From: Arcobacteraceae bacterium
GTDB taxonomy: Bacteria > Campylobacterota > Campylobacteria > Campylobacterales > Arcobacteraceae
Length of the DNA: 64,000 bases
Direction of reading: 5' to 3'
Assembly: GCA_963662945.1 (NCBI GenBank)
Contig: OY759974.1
Location: 256,001-320,000 of the forward strand
In this document: piece after piece, positions 9,668-18,920 of the stretch
Layout: every line of letters begins with the position of its first letter
Position numbering within the stretch: position 1 is the first letter of the stretch
Translations under genes and position numbers: made by a program
Notes under the pieces: generated by a model
Seen by the model: the letters and a program-made list of their open reading frames with translations, nothing else
Databases searched by the model: none
Told to the model about the DNA's origin: nothing

Positions 9668-9948
9668 AATCTGTTTCCTTTGAAGATTGAATTGTATTTT
9701 TTTACTATTTATGTTATATATGCTTTACTAATAAAATTTATTAAATTTGATTTATAAAAAAAGGAATATCCTAAAAGGAATGGATTCACTTTGAAAAGTA
9801 AATGTAAACAAACACACACAAAGAAAACAAAATTAAAAATATTTTTCATCTAATCACCTAATGGGTTATATTATAAAATATGTACAAAAACAAAAAAACC
9901 CCTTAATAGAAGTTATTAAGGGGTTTTTGTTGTATATATGAGCAAATG

Positions 9949-10353
9949 TTATGATGCTAAAAAATAGGTATCTTCATTATATTCTAATTGATCATTTAGA
10001 TCATTTTGTTCTAATAAATAATCTAAACTAAAAATATTTTCATCTTTATAATTATTTGATTCTAATTCATTTGATTCAAATATTACTGTTGAAATATCAA
10101 CACCTTCAAGATTTACATTTGAGAGATCACAACCTTCTAAAATAGTATTATTTAAAGTTGAACCTTTTAAATTTGCTCCTGATAAATTACAATAAGATAA
10201 ATCTGCACCTGTTAAATTACAATTTGATAAATCACAATTTGAAAGATCACTTCCAATAAATTTTGAACCTGTTAGATTTGTGTTTTTAAATGAAGTACCT
10301 CTGAAATTTACACACATAAATTCTTTTTTATTTGTTTTAATATTAATTGACAT
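9949..10353 (-). CDS. Pentapeptide repeat protein with acidic tail
   Basis: Repeats of (S/C/A)(D/N)L(S/T)x. Confidence 0.9.
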   Translation of the reverse strand: MSINIKTNKKEFMCVNFRGTSFKNTNLTGSKFIGSDLSNCDLSNCNLTGADLSYCNLSGANLKGSTLNNTILEGCDLSNVNLEGVDISTVIFESNELESNNYKDENIFSLDYLLEQNDLNDQLEYNEDTYFLAS

Positions 10354-10465
10354 AATTTTGTTTCCTTTGATTTTTTATTTGATCAAATTATTTTGATCTT
10401 ACCTTGTTATAGTATTGAGTAGATAATAATTATTAATATTTTTTATTAAAGAGGTTAAAACCCCT

Positions 10466-11122
10466 TTATTTAGATAATTTTTCTTTTATATTTGATATAT
10501 CATAGTTTTTTATCATTTGATCAGCATTTTTAAAATCATTATCTAATACATAAGATAGCCATTGTTTAAATTTTGGATTATCTTTGTTTGTATTCTTGAA
10601 AAAGTTTTTAGCTACTTTTGAAGATGTATAAGGGTTACTGATACCCATTGAGCTGTAATAAGCCATTTGATCAACTAAATGATTGAATATACTGTTATTT
10701 GCACTTATTTGAGTAGTAAATGTAAAAAATTGATATAAAAGATTAATATCTTTGTTTTTTTGATATTCATTGTAAATATGTTTTACATATAAATTAAAAT
10801 TGATACAAAATTTTTGATCAGAAAAATCTTCTATTATTTTATTCTCATAATTTGATAATGCCATTTCACAATATTTAATATTAGTATTTTTATAATAACT
10901 ATCAATAGAATCAATTTTATTAACAGAATTTTCTAATACTGTAATAAGTGTATTATCAAAATCTTTCAAACTATCTTTGTGATGTTTTTGTTTATTTATA
11001 TCTGTAATTATTAGTGATATTATGATAGAAGTAATTAAGGTAACAAATACAACTTTACTTGTTACAACTTTGAGTGTTTTTTTTATTATGTTGATTATAT
11101 TATTTAATATTTTATCTTGCAT
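10466..11122 (-). CDS. Membrane-anchored member of the element paralog family (copy 2)
   Basis: N-terminal TM, 'YVKHIYNEYQKNKDINLLY' and 'NPKFKQWLSYVLDNDFKNAD'. Likely ATG at 11122. Confidence 0.7.
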   Translation of the reverse strand: MQDKILNNIINIIKKTLKVVTSKVVFVTLITSIIISLIITDINKQKHHKDSLKDFDNTLITVLENSVNKIDSIDSYYKNTNIKYCEMALSNYENKIIEDFSDQKFCINFNLYVKHIYNEYQKNKDINLLYQFFTFTTQISANNSIFNHLVDQMAYYSSMGISNPYTSSKVAKNFFKNTNKDNPKFKQWLSYVLDNDFKNADQMIKNYDISNIKEKLSK

Positions 11123-11235
11123 AATTTTTTCCTTTAAATTTGATTTTAGAAAACTTGTTTCTATAAAATTGTTATAAGAAAAAAACAATAGATCTCATTA
11201 AAAATGAATTACAAAAAAACAGGGAAAAACCCTGA

Positions 11236-11544
11236 TTATATTCCTTCAATATTTATAATTGAAGCACCTTTATTAATATTTGTTAAGTTTGCATTGGTTA
11301 GATTTGTATTTGATAAATCAGTATTTATAATAATTGCACCTGTAAGATTCACCTCTGATAAATTTGCTCCTGATAAATTTGCTCCTGTGAGATTCACATT
11401 TGACATATTTGCTCTTGATAAAATTGCATTTGAAAGGTTTGCCCTTGATAAATTTGAACCTGATAAATTTACATTTGATAAATTTTTAAAACTAAAATCT
11501 TTACCACTTAAATCCATACCACTTAGATCAATAGTTGTTTTCAA
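11236..11544 (-). CDS. Pentapeptide repeat protein
   Basis: ANLSG/VNLTG repeats over almost the whole length. Confidence 0.9.
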   Translation of the reverse strand: MKTTIDLSGMDLSGKDFSFKNLSNVNLSGSNLSRANLSNAILSRANMSNVNLTGANLSGANLSEVNLTGAIIINTDLSNTNLTNANLTNINKGASIINIEGI

Positions 11545-11671
11545 TTGAAATCCTTTATGATAGATTGTTGAACTTAATCAACTATTGTGTTATAAGTAAA
11601 ATTTAGCTTAAAACTGTTTTTAGTTATTTGTGATCAAGTAGTTATATATTTTTTTGATTTTTAAAAGTAAT

Positions 11672-11890
11672 TAAAAAAGGTAAATACCATTTATATATAT
11701 TATTATTACTCTATGTAAATGAAAAACCCAAAAGGTTACAAAAATGCTATGAAGCATTTTTTCCACCATTTGATAAATTTGTTATGGAATAATGAATTGA
11801 TAAGTGTTTTGAACTTTATCTTTATATGTCTTAAATTGATTATTGTATCTTAATAAGAACAATTGAAAATCTTGAAAAGTTTCAACTACA
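11672..11890 (-). repeat. Dispersed structured module, inverted variant B1
   Basis: Largely identical to 30494-30712; contains the AAAAATGCT-n4-AGCATTTTT palindrome. Confidence 0.85.
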
Positions 11891-11917
11891 TTTTATAAGT
11901 TGAGTTGAATTGATTTA

Positions 11918-12187
11918 TTATTCTAAATGAGAATATGAATTTAATATTCTAACAATTTCTTCATCATTATTATTATCAGCAATTCTATTTTGAATTTTAT
12001 GAGAAGTATGAACTGGTTTTTTATCATCTTTTTCCCATTTTTTTATTTGTTCTTTAATTTCTGCTCCAAGAAGCATTCCCCCAACAAAATGAACTACTCC
12101 AACAACTGCATATTTAGCTAATTCATTAGCTTGTATATTGGTTGATAATATTAATATTACTAATATTGATGTTGTAATCTTTTTCAT
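11918..12187 (-). CDS. Small secreted/membrane protein
   Basis: Signal peptide followed by a glycine-rich hydrophobic segment. Confidence 0.6.
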   Translation of the reverse strand: MKKITTSILVILILSTNIQANELAKYAVVGVVHFVGGMLLGAEIKEQIKKWEKDDKKPVHTSHKIQNRIADNNNDEEIVRILNSYSHLE

Positions 12188-12401
12188 AAATATCCTTCTT
12201 ATTGATATTATAGTTTATTTTAGTATTTTTTTCAATATTGAACTTAATATTTATTATGATTTTAGTGTTATTTGATTAATTTTATAAGGTTTTTCATATG
12301 AAAAAACAAATAAAGGTGTAATTACTGGTTTTAATATTATTTTGAGTTTTAGAGCATATTTAGTTTTTCAATAATAACTTATATTTTCTATCAATATTAA
12401 T

Positions 12402-12648
12402 TAAAGTTGTTGAAACTTTTCAAGATTTTTAATTATCCTTGTGAAAAAACTTTATAGTAATTGAGTATCTGAATAAAGTTGTTGGGATAAGCCAATCTAT
12501 TCTATTATCCTTGTGAAGAGAGTATTGCCAAATACTTAAATATTATCATAGAGATATGAAATATTTTTCTGATCAAAAAAACAAACCAAATAATCCTCAA
12601 TGGTGGAAAAAATGCTTCATAGCATTTTTGTAACCTTTGGTTTGTTCT
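12402..12648 (+). repeat. Dispersed structured module A1
   Basis: Near-identical to 16410-16658 and 40378-40565; diverged copy at 28065-28250. Confidence 0.92.
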
Positions 12649-12674
12649 TAATAATAAAAGTATAGACTTCAAAA

Positions 12675-13657
12675 TAATAAACTGAAATATTCAACAAATA
12701 AAATTTAATCAAAATTCAATCAGATTTTCTTTTATAAAAAAATTTTACAACTTTTGGAAACTGGAAAATGCAACAAATGAAATTTCTATGCCTTTTATAT
12801 ACTATTTATTGGGTATGTTCAAAATTATTGCCTTCTCTATCTCAACAAAAGGAAAGTAGTTAAAAAAAAGGTGGTAAAAATATCCAACTTAAATATGAAA
12901 AGGTGGTAAAAATGTCCAACTTAAATTTAACTTAAACTTAATTTATTCAATTTTCTTATGTTTAATAAACTGAAATATTCAACAAATAAAATTTAATCAA
13001 AATTCAATCAGATTTTCTTTTATAAAAAAATTTTACAACTTTTGGAAACTGGAAAATGCAACAAATGAAATTTCTATGCCTTTTATATACTATTTATTGG
13101 GTATGTTCAAAATTATTGCCTTCTCTATCTCAACAAAAGGAAAGTAGTTAAAAAAAAGGTGGTAAAAATATCCAACTTAAATATGAAAAGGTGGTAAAAA
13201 TGTCCAACTTAAATTTAACTTAAACTTAATTTATTCAATTTTCTTATGTTTAATAAACTGAAATATTCAACAAATAAAATTTAATCAAAATTCAATCAGA
13301 TTTTCTTTTATAAAAAAATTTTACAACTTTTGGAAACTGGAAAATGCAACAAATGAAATTTCTATGCCTTTTATATACTATTTATTGGGTATGTTCAAAA
13401 TTATTGCCTTCTCTATCTCAACAAAAGGAAAGTAGTTAAAAAAAAGGTGGTAAAAATATCCAACTTAAATATGAAAAGGTGGTAAAAATGTCCAACTTAA
13501 ATTTAACTTAAACTTAATTTATTCAATTTTCTTATGTTTAATAAACTGAAATATTCAACAAATAAAATTTAATCAAAATTCAATCAGATTTTCTTTTATA
13601 AAAAAATTTTACAACTTTTGGAAACTGGAAAATGCAACAAATGAAATTTCTATGCCT
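12675..13657 (+). repeat. Tandem array, 288-bp unit x ~3.4, each unit with two AAAAGGTGGTAAAAATRTCCAACTTAAAT iteron-like boxes
   Basis: Units start at 12675, 12963, 13251 and 13539 and appear identical. Confidence 0.95.
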
Positions 13658-13741
13658 GCTTTCATAAACATATATTCATTGGCTTTTTTTAAAATCATCA
13701 CCTGAACCTTAACAAAAGCTCTCACAAATGATTGGATTTTT

Positions 13742-13829
13742 AAAAATGTGTAACTTTGGGTGAGTCCAAATATCAAAAATGTGTAACTTTGGGTGAGTGC
13801 TAATATTGCCCTAAATATCAAAAATGTGT
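13742..13829 (+). promoter_or_regulatory. Iteron-like direct repeats AAAAATGTGTAACTTTGGGTGAGT (x2 plus partial), putative replication origin
   Basis: Copies at 13742 and 13775 (33-bp spacing) upstream of the Rep gene. Confidence 0.7.
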
Positions 13830-14020
13830 CAAAAAAAGTGAAAGTTCTTGCTGTTTAGTGTAAATACTTAAATTTAACTTAAACTTAAAGAAATTTTAAA
13901 TTTTATTAAAAAAGTGGTAAAAATAATTGAAATTTACCTCCAAATAATATATATTATAAGAAATATACTTATAACAAAGTAGATATTAAAAAAATATAAA
14001 TAAATTTTAAAGGAAAAAAA

Positions 14021-15067
14021 TTGAATAATAAATTTACACATAGTATGAATTGTTTGCTTCCACAAGAACAAAATAGATTTAATAAACCAAATGTATTAAT
14101 TAAGTCACAATTATCACAAGCAATAACTCATAAAGAATCTGAAGTATTTTCAGTATTAGTTAGGATGTTGTTAATAACTGAAAGAAGTAATTTTGATTTA
14201 GTAACTGATTATGATTTAAATTGTGATTATGCAGATATAAATAATTTTATGTCTGATAATCATACATCAAAAGATATTAGAAAAATTCTTGAAAAATTAT
14301 TAAATACAACAATCAGATTTAATTATATACATAATGGTAAATGTAGAATTAGAAATACAAAAATAATTACAGCATATGAAGATAGTAAAGGGAGATATGA
14401 TAAAGCAAGTATCTCATTTGATCATAAACTAATAAAAGTATTAATTGAAAAGGTATATCCATATACAAAATTAAATGAAATTGAGCAATATAAATTATCT
14501 AATATATATTCAACAACTTTTTATGAGTATTTTAAATTAGCTCTTGGTAATAAATTGAGCAATATAAAGTATTTTTCAGAATCAGAATTAAGAAAAAAGT
14601 TTTTTTTAGAAAATAAATACAAAAATATTAAAGAGTTTAATAAGTTTGTAATTAAAAAAGCTTTAACTGAAATAAATAGTCACACATCATTAAATATTGA
14701 ATATAAAGTTGAAAAAGATGAAATATCAAATGAAAGAATATATAAATTTAAAATTGAAGATATTCCTATGACTGAAAATATTTTAAATATTTCAGAATTT
14801 AAAAATCTGATCAAAAATATGTCTAAAAAAAATAGAGAAATTATTTATAAATATAGAAATAATAACTATTATCTTGGTGAACAATTAGACTTTTATGCTA
14901 CAGGAAAAATACTTTGGATTATTGAAAATAGTGATAAAACAACTTCAAAAATTATTGCTACTAAAATTTGGAATAATCTTTATAAAGAATATTTACAAAA
15001 TAGTGAGCAGTTTGCTGAAAAATATTATGATTTATCATATAAAGAATTATTAGAGGATGGAAAATAA
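14021..15067 (+). CDS. Rep_3 (RepB-type) plasmid replication initiator
   Basis: 'KPNVLIKS', 'YTKLN....KLSNIYSTTFYEY' and 'NKYKNIKEFNKFVIKKALTEINSHTSLNI' follow the Rep_3 pattern. Confidence 0.85.
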   Translation: MNNKFTHSMNCLLPQEQNRFNKPNVLIKSQLSQAITHKESEVFSVLVRMLLITERSNFDLVTDYDLNCDYADINNFMSDNHTSKDIRKILEKLLNTTIRFNYIHNGKCRIRNTKIITAYEDSKGRYDKASISFDHKLIKVLIEKVYPYTKLNEIEQYKLSNIYSTTFYEYFKLALGNKLSNIKYFSESELRKKFFLENKYKNIKEFNKFVIKKALTEINSHTSLNIEYKVEKDEISNERIYKFKIEDIPMTENILNISEFKNLIKNMSKKNREIIYKYRNNNYYLGEQLDFYATGKILWIIENSDKTTSKIIATKIWNNLYKEYLQNSEQFAEKYYDLSYKELLEDGK

Positions 15068-15069
15068 TT

Positions 15070-15495
15070 ATGACTTTACATCAATACAAAACAATACTTC
15101 ATAATGAATTTTCTGATCAAATTAATGCAGAAGTTTTTTTTGAATTATTAAGAATACAAGAATCATCTTTTGAATTAAGTTTATTAATTCCATTTTTAGA
15201 GATACCTAATAAATATAATATTTACTCATCATATAAAGATATTCAAGATTGTACATCTTTGAATATGTCATTTGAAAATTTTGAAAAAATAATTATTAAA
15301 TTATTAAATAAAAAATTCAAATTTCAATATATAAGTTCTGATGGTACAGAAATAATAACAAGGAACATTAATTTTGTAACTAAATATGAAAAAGAAATGA
15401 TAAAAGGTGAAGAAATACTAAAAATTTACTTTGATCCAAAATTTCTTGAAATATATATGAATATGATATTTATTCCTTTGAAAAAATCTGAATAA
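15070..15495 (+). CDS. Rep_3 N-terminal winged-helix-like paralog
   Basis: Resembles the first half of the upstream Rep ('EVF..LLR', 'KLLN..F.F.YI', 'I.FD.K'). Confidence 0.5.
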   Translation: MTLHQYKTILHNEFSDQINAEVFFELLRIQESSFELSLLIPFLEIPNKYNIYSSYKDIQDCTSLNMSFENFEKIIIKLLNKKFKFQYISSDGTEIITRNINFVTKYEKEMIKGEEILKIYFDPKFLEIYMNMIFIPLKKSE

Positions 15496-15675
15496 ATTCA
15501 ATTATTAATCCTATTTTAATCCCCCTCACCTTCTCTTTTTGGGAAGGTTTTTTTATGCCTAACAAATTTTCAAATTTCTTCTAAAAACCCCTTTAAAATG
15601 GCTCTGAGAAGTGTTTTTTTATTGATTCTGAATTTTTCTATATATAACAAAGTATAACACTTAAAGGACTATACT

Positions 15676-16305
15676 ATGTTAAAGCTAACAGAAACTAAAA
15701 TCATAAATAATAAAAATCTAACTGGTGAATTTGAAAAATTTCAAAATTCTGAAACATATAAACATACTGAAAGAGTTGCTTATCACTCTCATATCATAGC
15801 AAAAAAATTAGGAATGACTGAAAAAGAATCTCAAAGAATTTTTGATATTGCTCCTTATCATGATTTTGGTAAAATGGTAATTGATGAAAATATTCTTTAT
15901 AAAGAATCTCAATTAACAGATGAAGAATTTAATATCATAAAATCTCATGCAACTCTTGGTTATGAAATTTTAAAAGATAATAATCATGACTTTTTTGATG
16001 AATGTGCTATTGTTGCTCACCAACATCATGAAAAATGGAATGGTACTGGTTATCCTAATAATTTAAAAGGTGAAGATATTCATATCTCTTCAAGAATTGT
16101 TGCTGTTGCAGATGTTCTTGATGCTTTAATCTCTAAAAGAGCTTATAAAAAAGCTTGGTCTCCTAAAGAAATTATTTTACATTTTGAAAAAGAAAAAAAT
16201 GTTTCTTTTGATCCTATTGTTGCTAAAACTGTTATTGAAAACTTCTCTGAATTTAATCACCAAAATCAAAAATTACACCATTTACAAACTTTAACAAATA
16301 TATAA
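15676..16305 (+). CDS. Stand-alone HD-GYP phosphodiesterase
   Basis: Motifs HTERVA, HDFGK, HHEKWNGTGYP and ADVLDAL..R.YK. Confidence 0.93.
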   Translation: MLKLTETKIINNKNLTGEFEKFQNSETYKHTERVAYHSHIIAKKLGMTEKESQRIFDIAPYHDFGKMVIDENILYKESQLTDEEFNIIKSHATLGYEILKDNNHDFFDECAIVAHQHHEKWNGTGYPNNLKGEDIHISSRIVAVADVLDALISKRAYKKAWSPKEIILHFEKEKNVSFDPIVAKTVIENFSEFNHQNQKLHHLQTLTNI

Positions 16306-16409
16306 TTTTCTGATAATTAGCTTTAATTACAACCTTCTCTTAACAGGGAAGGTTTTTTTATGTCTAATTTTTCCTGATTAAATAAATCTAATCTATTATC
16401 AAATCTAAA

Positions 16410-16658
16410 TAAAGTTATTGAAACTTTTCAAGCTCTTTCATTATCCTTGTGAAAAAAACTTTATAGTAATTGAGTATCTGAATAAAGTTGTTGAAACAAG
16501 CCAAGATTTTTAATTATCCTTGTGAAGAGAGTATTGCCAAATACTTAAATATTATCATAGAGATATGAAATATTTTTCTGATCAAAAAAAACAAACCAAA
16601 TAATCCTCAATGGTGGAAAAAATGCTTCATAGCATTTTTGTAACCTTTGGTTTGTTCT
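16410..16658 (+). repeat. Dispersed structured module A2
   Basis: Matches A1 and A4. Confidence 0.92.
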
Positions 16659-16750
16659 CTTTAAAAATAGTTTTTTAATATTTTTTATTAATTCAATACT
16701 ATAACCCAATAGATCAATTGATCAAATAAAAATACAAAGGAAAACTGGTT

Positions 16751-16885
16751 ATGAATACAACATTAAAAATATATGGAACATTAGATTTTACTAAGGATAA
16801 TATATTTGAAAAGGATTCTTTTCATTTATTAGATTTTATGCCAATATTTATTGAAGATACTGAAATAATGAGAGGTATAAAATAA
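16751..16885 (+). CDS. 44-aa small protein (not in ORF track)
   Basis: TATAAC at 16700, AAAGGA RBS, and TAATG coupling to the next ORF. Confidence 0.5.
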   Translation: MNTTLKIYGTLDFTKDNIFEKDSFHLLDFMPIFIEDTEIMRGIK

Positions 16886-17277
16886 TGGATAAACTGATAA
16901 CTGCAATATTTCTTTTAAGTCCATCTTTATTACTTGTTATTTATTTACAAATGCAACAAACTCAAAAACTTGATAATCAAGTTGATAATACAAAAATTGA
17001 ATTCAAAAAAGATCAACATAAATTTGATGAAGATTTTTATTTTGAGAAAAGTCAATTTTCAGATAATAAAGAAGCAAAAGAATATTATCTTAATAAATCA
17101 AAAGATGCTCAATCTAAATTATTAAAAATTGAAGAAGCTAAGAAAAAAGCTGAACTTGAAGCAAAAAAACTTAAAGAAAAAAGTCAAAAAACTTTTGAAA
17201 AATTAGAAAAATCTATCAATGATTTAGATAGTAAAAAAATGGATAGTGAATTTGATAATGATAATTTTGATTTTTAA
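16885..17277 (+). CDS. Membrane-anchored coiled-coil protein with acidic tail
   Basis: N-terminal TM; ends DSEFDNDNFDF. Confidence 0.65.
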   Translation: MDKLITAIFLLSPSLLLVIYLQMQQTQKLDNQVDNTKIEFKKDQHKFDEDFYFEKSQFSDNKEAKEYYLNKSKDAQSKLLKIEEAKKKAELEAKKLKEKSQKTFEKLEKSINDLDSKKMDSEFDNDNFDF

Positions 17278-17362
17278 CAATTATATTAAAAAAAAACTAT
17301 AACAAGGTGGTGATAGATTAAATTCTATCCCAACAAATTTTAAAAATAAAAGGAAACAAAAT

Positions 17363-17773
17363 ATGTTTGGACAAAATAAATATACAAATGAATCAACTGA
17401 AACAAAAGAAGTTGAAGTAAAACAGGAAGTTAAACAAACTGTTGAAGAAAAAGTTGCTGAAGCTAAAAAAGTTGAAAATAAATCAACTAAAAATGAAACA
17501 AGATTAGAATCTTTACAAAGAAAATTGAAAGATGCTGAAGCTAAAAGAAATGATGATGAAAAAATCATCAAAGAGGATGCTAAATCAAAAATTGATGTAG
17601 TGAAAGAAAGATTTTATAAAGAAAAAGAAAGATTAGAAAAACTGATCAAAGTTGAAACTGATAAATCTGATAAAAAAACTGGTAATGAGTTAAGAGATAT
17701 TGCTGATAAATTAGGTCTTTCAGTTGATGAATTATTAGCTAATCTTGAAAAGAAAGCTGAAAAAGCAAACTAA
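17363..17773 (+). CDS. Charged coiled-coil hypothetical protein
   Basis: 136 aa with RBS and TATAAC at 17298. Confidence 0.65.
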   Translation: MFGQNKYTNESTETKEVEVKQEVKQTVEEKVAEAKKVENKSTKNETRLESLQRKLKDAEAKRNDDEKIIKEDAKSKIDVVKERFYKEKERLEKLIKVETDKSDKKTGNELRDIADKLGLSVDELLANLEKKAEKAN

Positions 17774-17802
17774 GAAGTTTTACTTCTTAGGAAAGGATAA
17801 AT

Positions 17803-18705
17803 ATGAAAAATCTAATAATAAGTTTTTGTTTATTATTTAGTGTTAATGTGTATGCCCTTGATATGACAAGTGGTAATACTGTTGATGAAAATTTTAAAGA
17901 AGATAAACAAGAAAGTGATAAAAGAAATAGAAATCTTTCTTCTTCTGAAGAAAAATCAAAAACAAGAACAACTTCAGATGAAATATCTAATGCAAATTCT
18001 ACTGATTTAAAACTAATTGGACACCATGATGCACTAATTGTTCTTATGGCACTTGAAAAAGCAAATATTGAACCTTTCAAATCTTGTGAAATATTAACAA
18101 AACCAAGATTATTAGATGATTTTGGATTGGGTTGTAAAAGTTGGAATGGAATGATTAATTCAAATAGATGTTCTGCATTAGAAGAAGCAGGAAAAGCAAA
18201 TTTAACAGTTGAAAATCTGATTGATACAACACTTGTTGATAATCCAATAGATTTTAGAGAATTTACAGCTTGTGTTGGTTTATATGGTGCATTAATTGCT
18301 CAATCATTAAAAGAAGGAACTTTTGATGTTCAATTAAAAGATGAAGAATTAAAAGATCAATATTTATCACTTAATGATTCAATTGAATTTGATGAATGTA
18401 GATTAGATGGATCAGTATCAAATATTACTTGTGGTGAAACTACAATTAAAATAGGAGCAAATCCATCACTTACTTATGGTTCTATCCCTTTATATAGTGA
18501 TAGTGTTTATTATGGTTATTCATTAAGTATTAATGATAATAAAAGTAAGAAAAATTCTGAAACATTTAGTAAATCTAAATCTAAAAAAAGAAGTGAAGCA
18601 AATTCTCTTGCTAAAACTATTACTAATAATAAAACTTTAGGTATTTCAACTGCTAAAAATAGTGGTGTAAATATTGGTTTGAGTAAATTCTTACCTAATA
18701 AATAA
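17803..18705 (+). CDS. Secreted Cys-containing hypothetical protein
   Basis: Signal peptide ending VYA, several Cys, Ser/Lys-rich termini. Confidence 0.65.
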   Translation: MKNLIISFCLLFSVNVYALDMTSGNTVDENFKEDKQESDKRNRNLSSSEEKSKTRTTSDEISNANSTDLKLIGHHDALIVLMALEKANIEPFKSCEILTKPRLLDDFGLGCKSWNGMINSNRCSALEEAGKANLTVENLIDTTLVDNPIDFREFTACVGLYGALIAQSLKEGTFDVQLKDEELKDQYLSLNDSIEFDECRLDGSVSNITCGETTIKIGANPSLTYGSIPLYSDSVYYGYSLSINDNKSKKNSETFSKSKSKKRSEANSLAKTITNNKTLGISTAKNSGVNIGLSKFLPNK

Positions 18706-18794
18706 TCCTCACTTTTATAGTGGGGATCTTCCCCCTCACTTCAATATTTTATATTACAAAACAAGTTGAAACAAAACCAACCAAAGGAACAACT

Positions 18795-18905
18795 ATGACT
18801 AAACAAGATTTATTAAAAGAAAAAGAAATTGAATTGTATAAAATTCAAAAACAAATAGATTTGCTTTTTAAAAAACTAAAATTTGAATTAAAAAAAATTT
18901 ATTAA
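18795..18905 (+). CDS. 36-aa basic peptide upstream of the relaxase
   Basis: AAAGGA RBS, then MTKQDLLKEKE... Confidence 0.4.
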   Translation: MTKQDLLKEKEIELYKIQKQIDLLFKKLKFELKKIY

Positions 18906-18920
18906 TTAAAGGAAAAAATT

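Noticed and set aside
11204-11548. Antisense/shadow ORFs (also 6712, 9471, 17281, 17787, 19221, 23137, 33221, 40017, 43106, 56217, 58672, 62268 and similar)
   Set aside because: They overlap well-supported genes, lack RBS or motifs, and mirror repetitive coding sequence.
12556-12665. Conserved peptide or type I toxin in the dispersed module (MKYFSDQ.. or MVEKMLHSIFV..; includes ORF 30397-30591)
   Set aside because: Frames and lengths differ between copies (poly-A indel, early stops) and there is no good RBS. The changes preserve pairing instead. Not fully excluded.
12675-13657. CRISPR array
   Set aside because: The units are identical 288-bp repeats with no variable spacers, and there are no cas genes.
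13609-13821. 70-aa ORF
   Set aside because: It is the translation of iteron repeats in the origin region.
17363-17773. H-NS-like protein
   Set aside because: Only a 'LGLSVDELL' resemblance; the DNA-binding TWxGxGR motif is absent.
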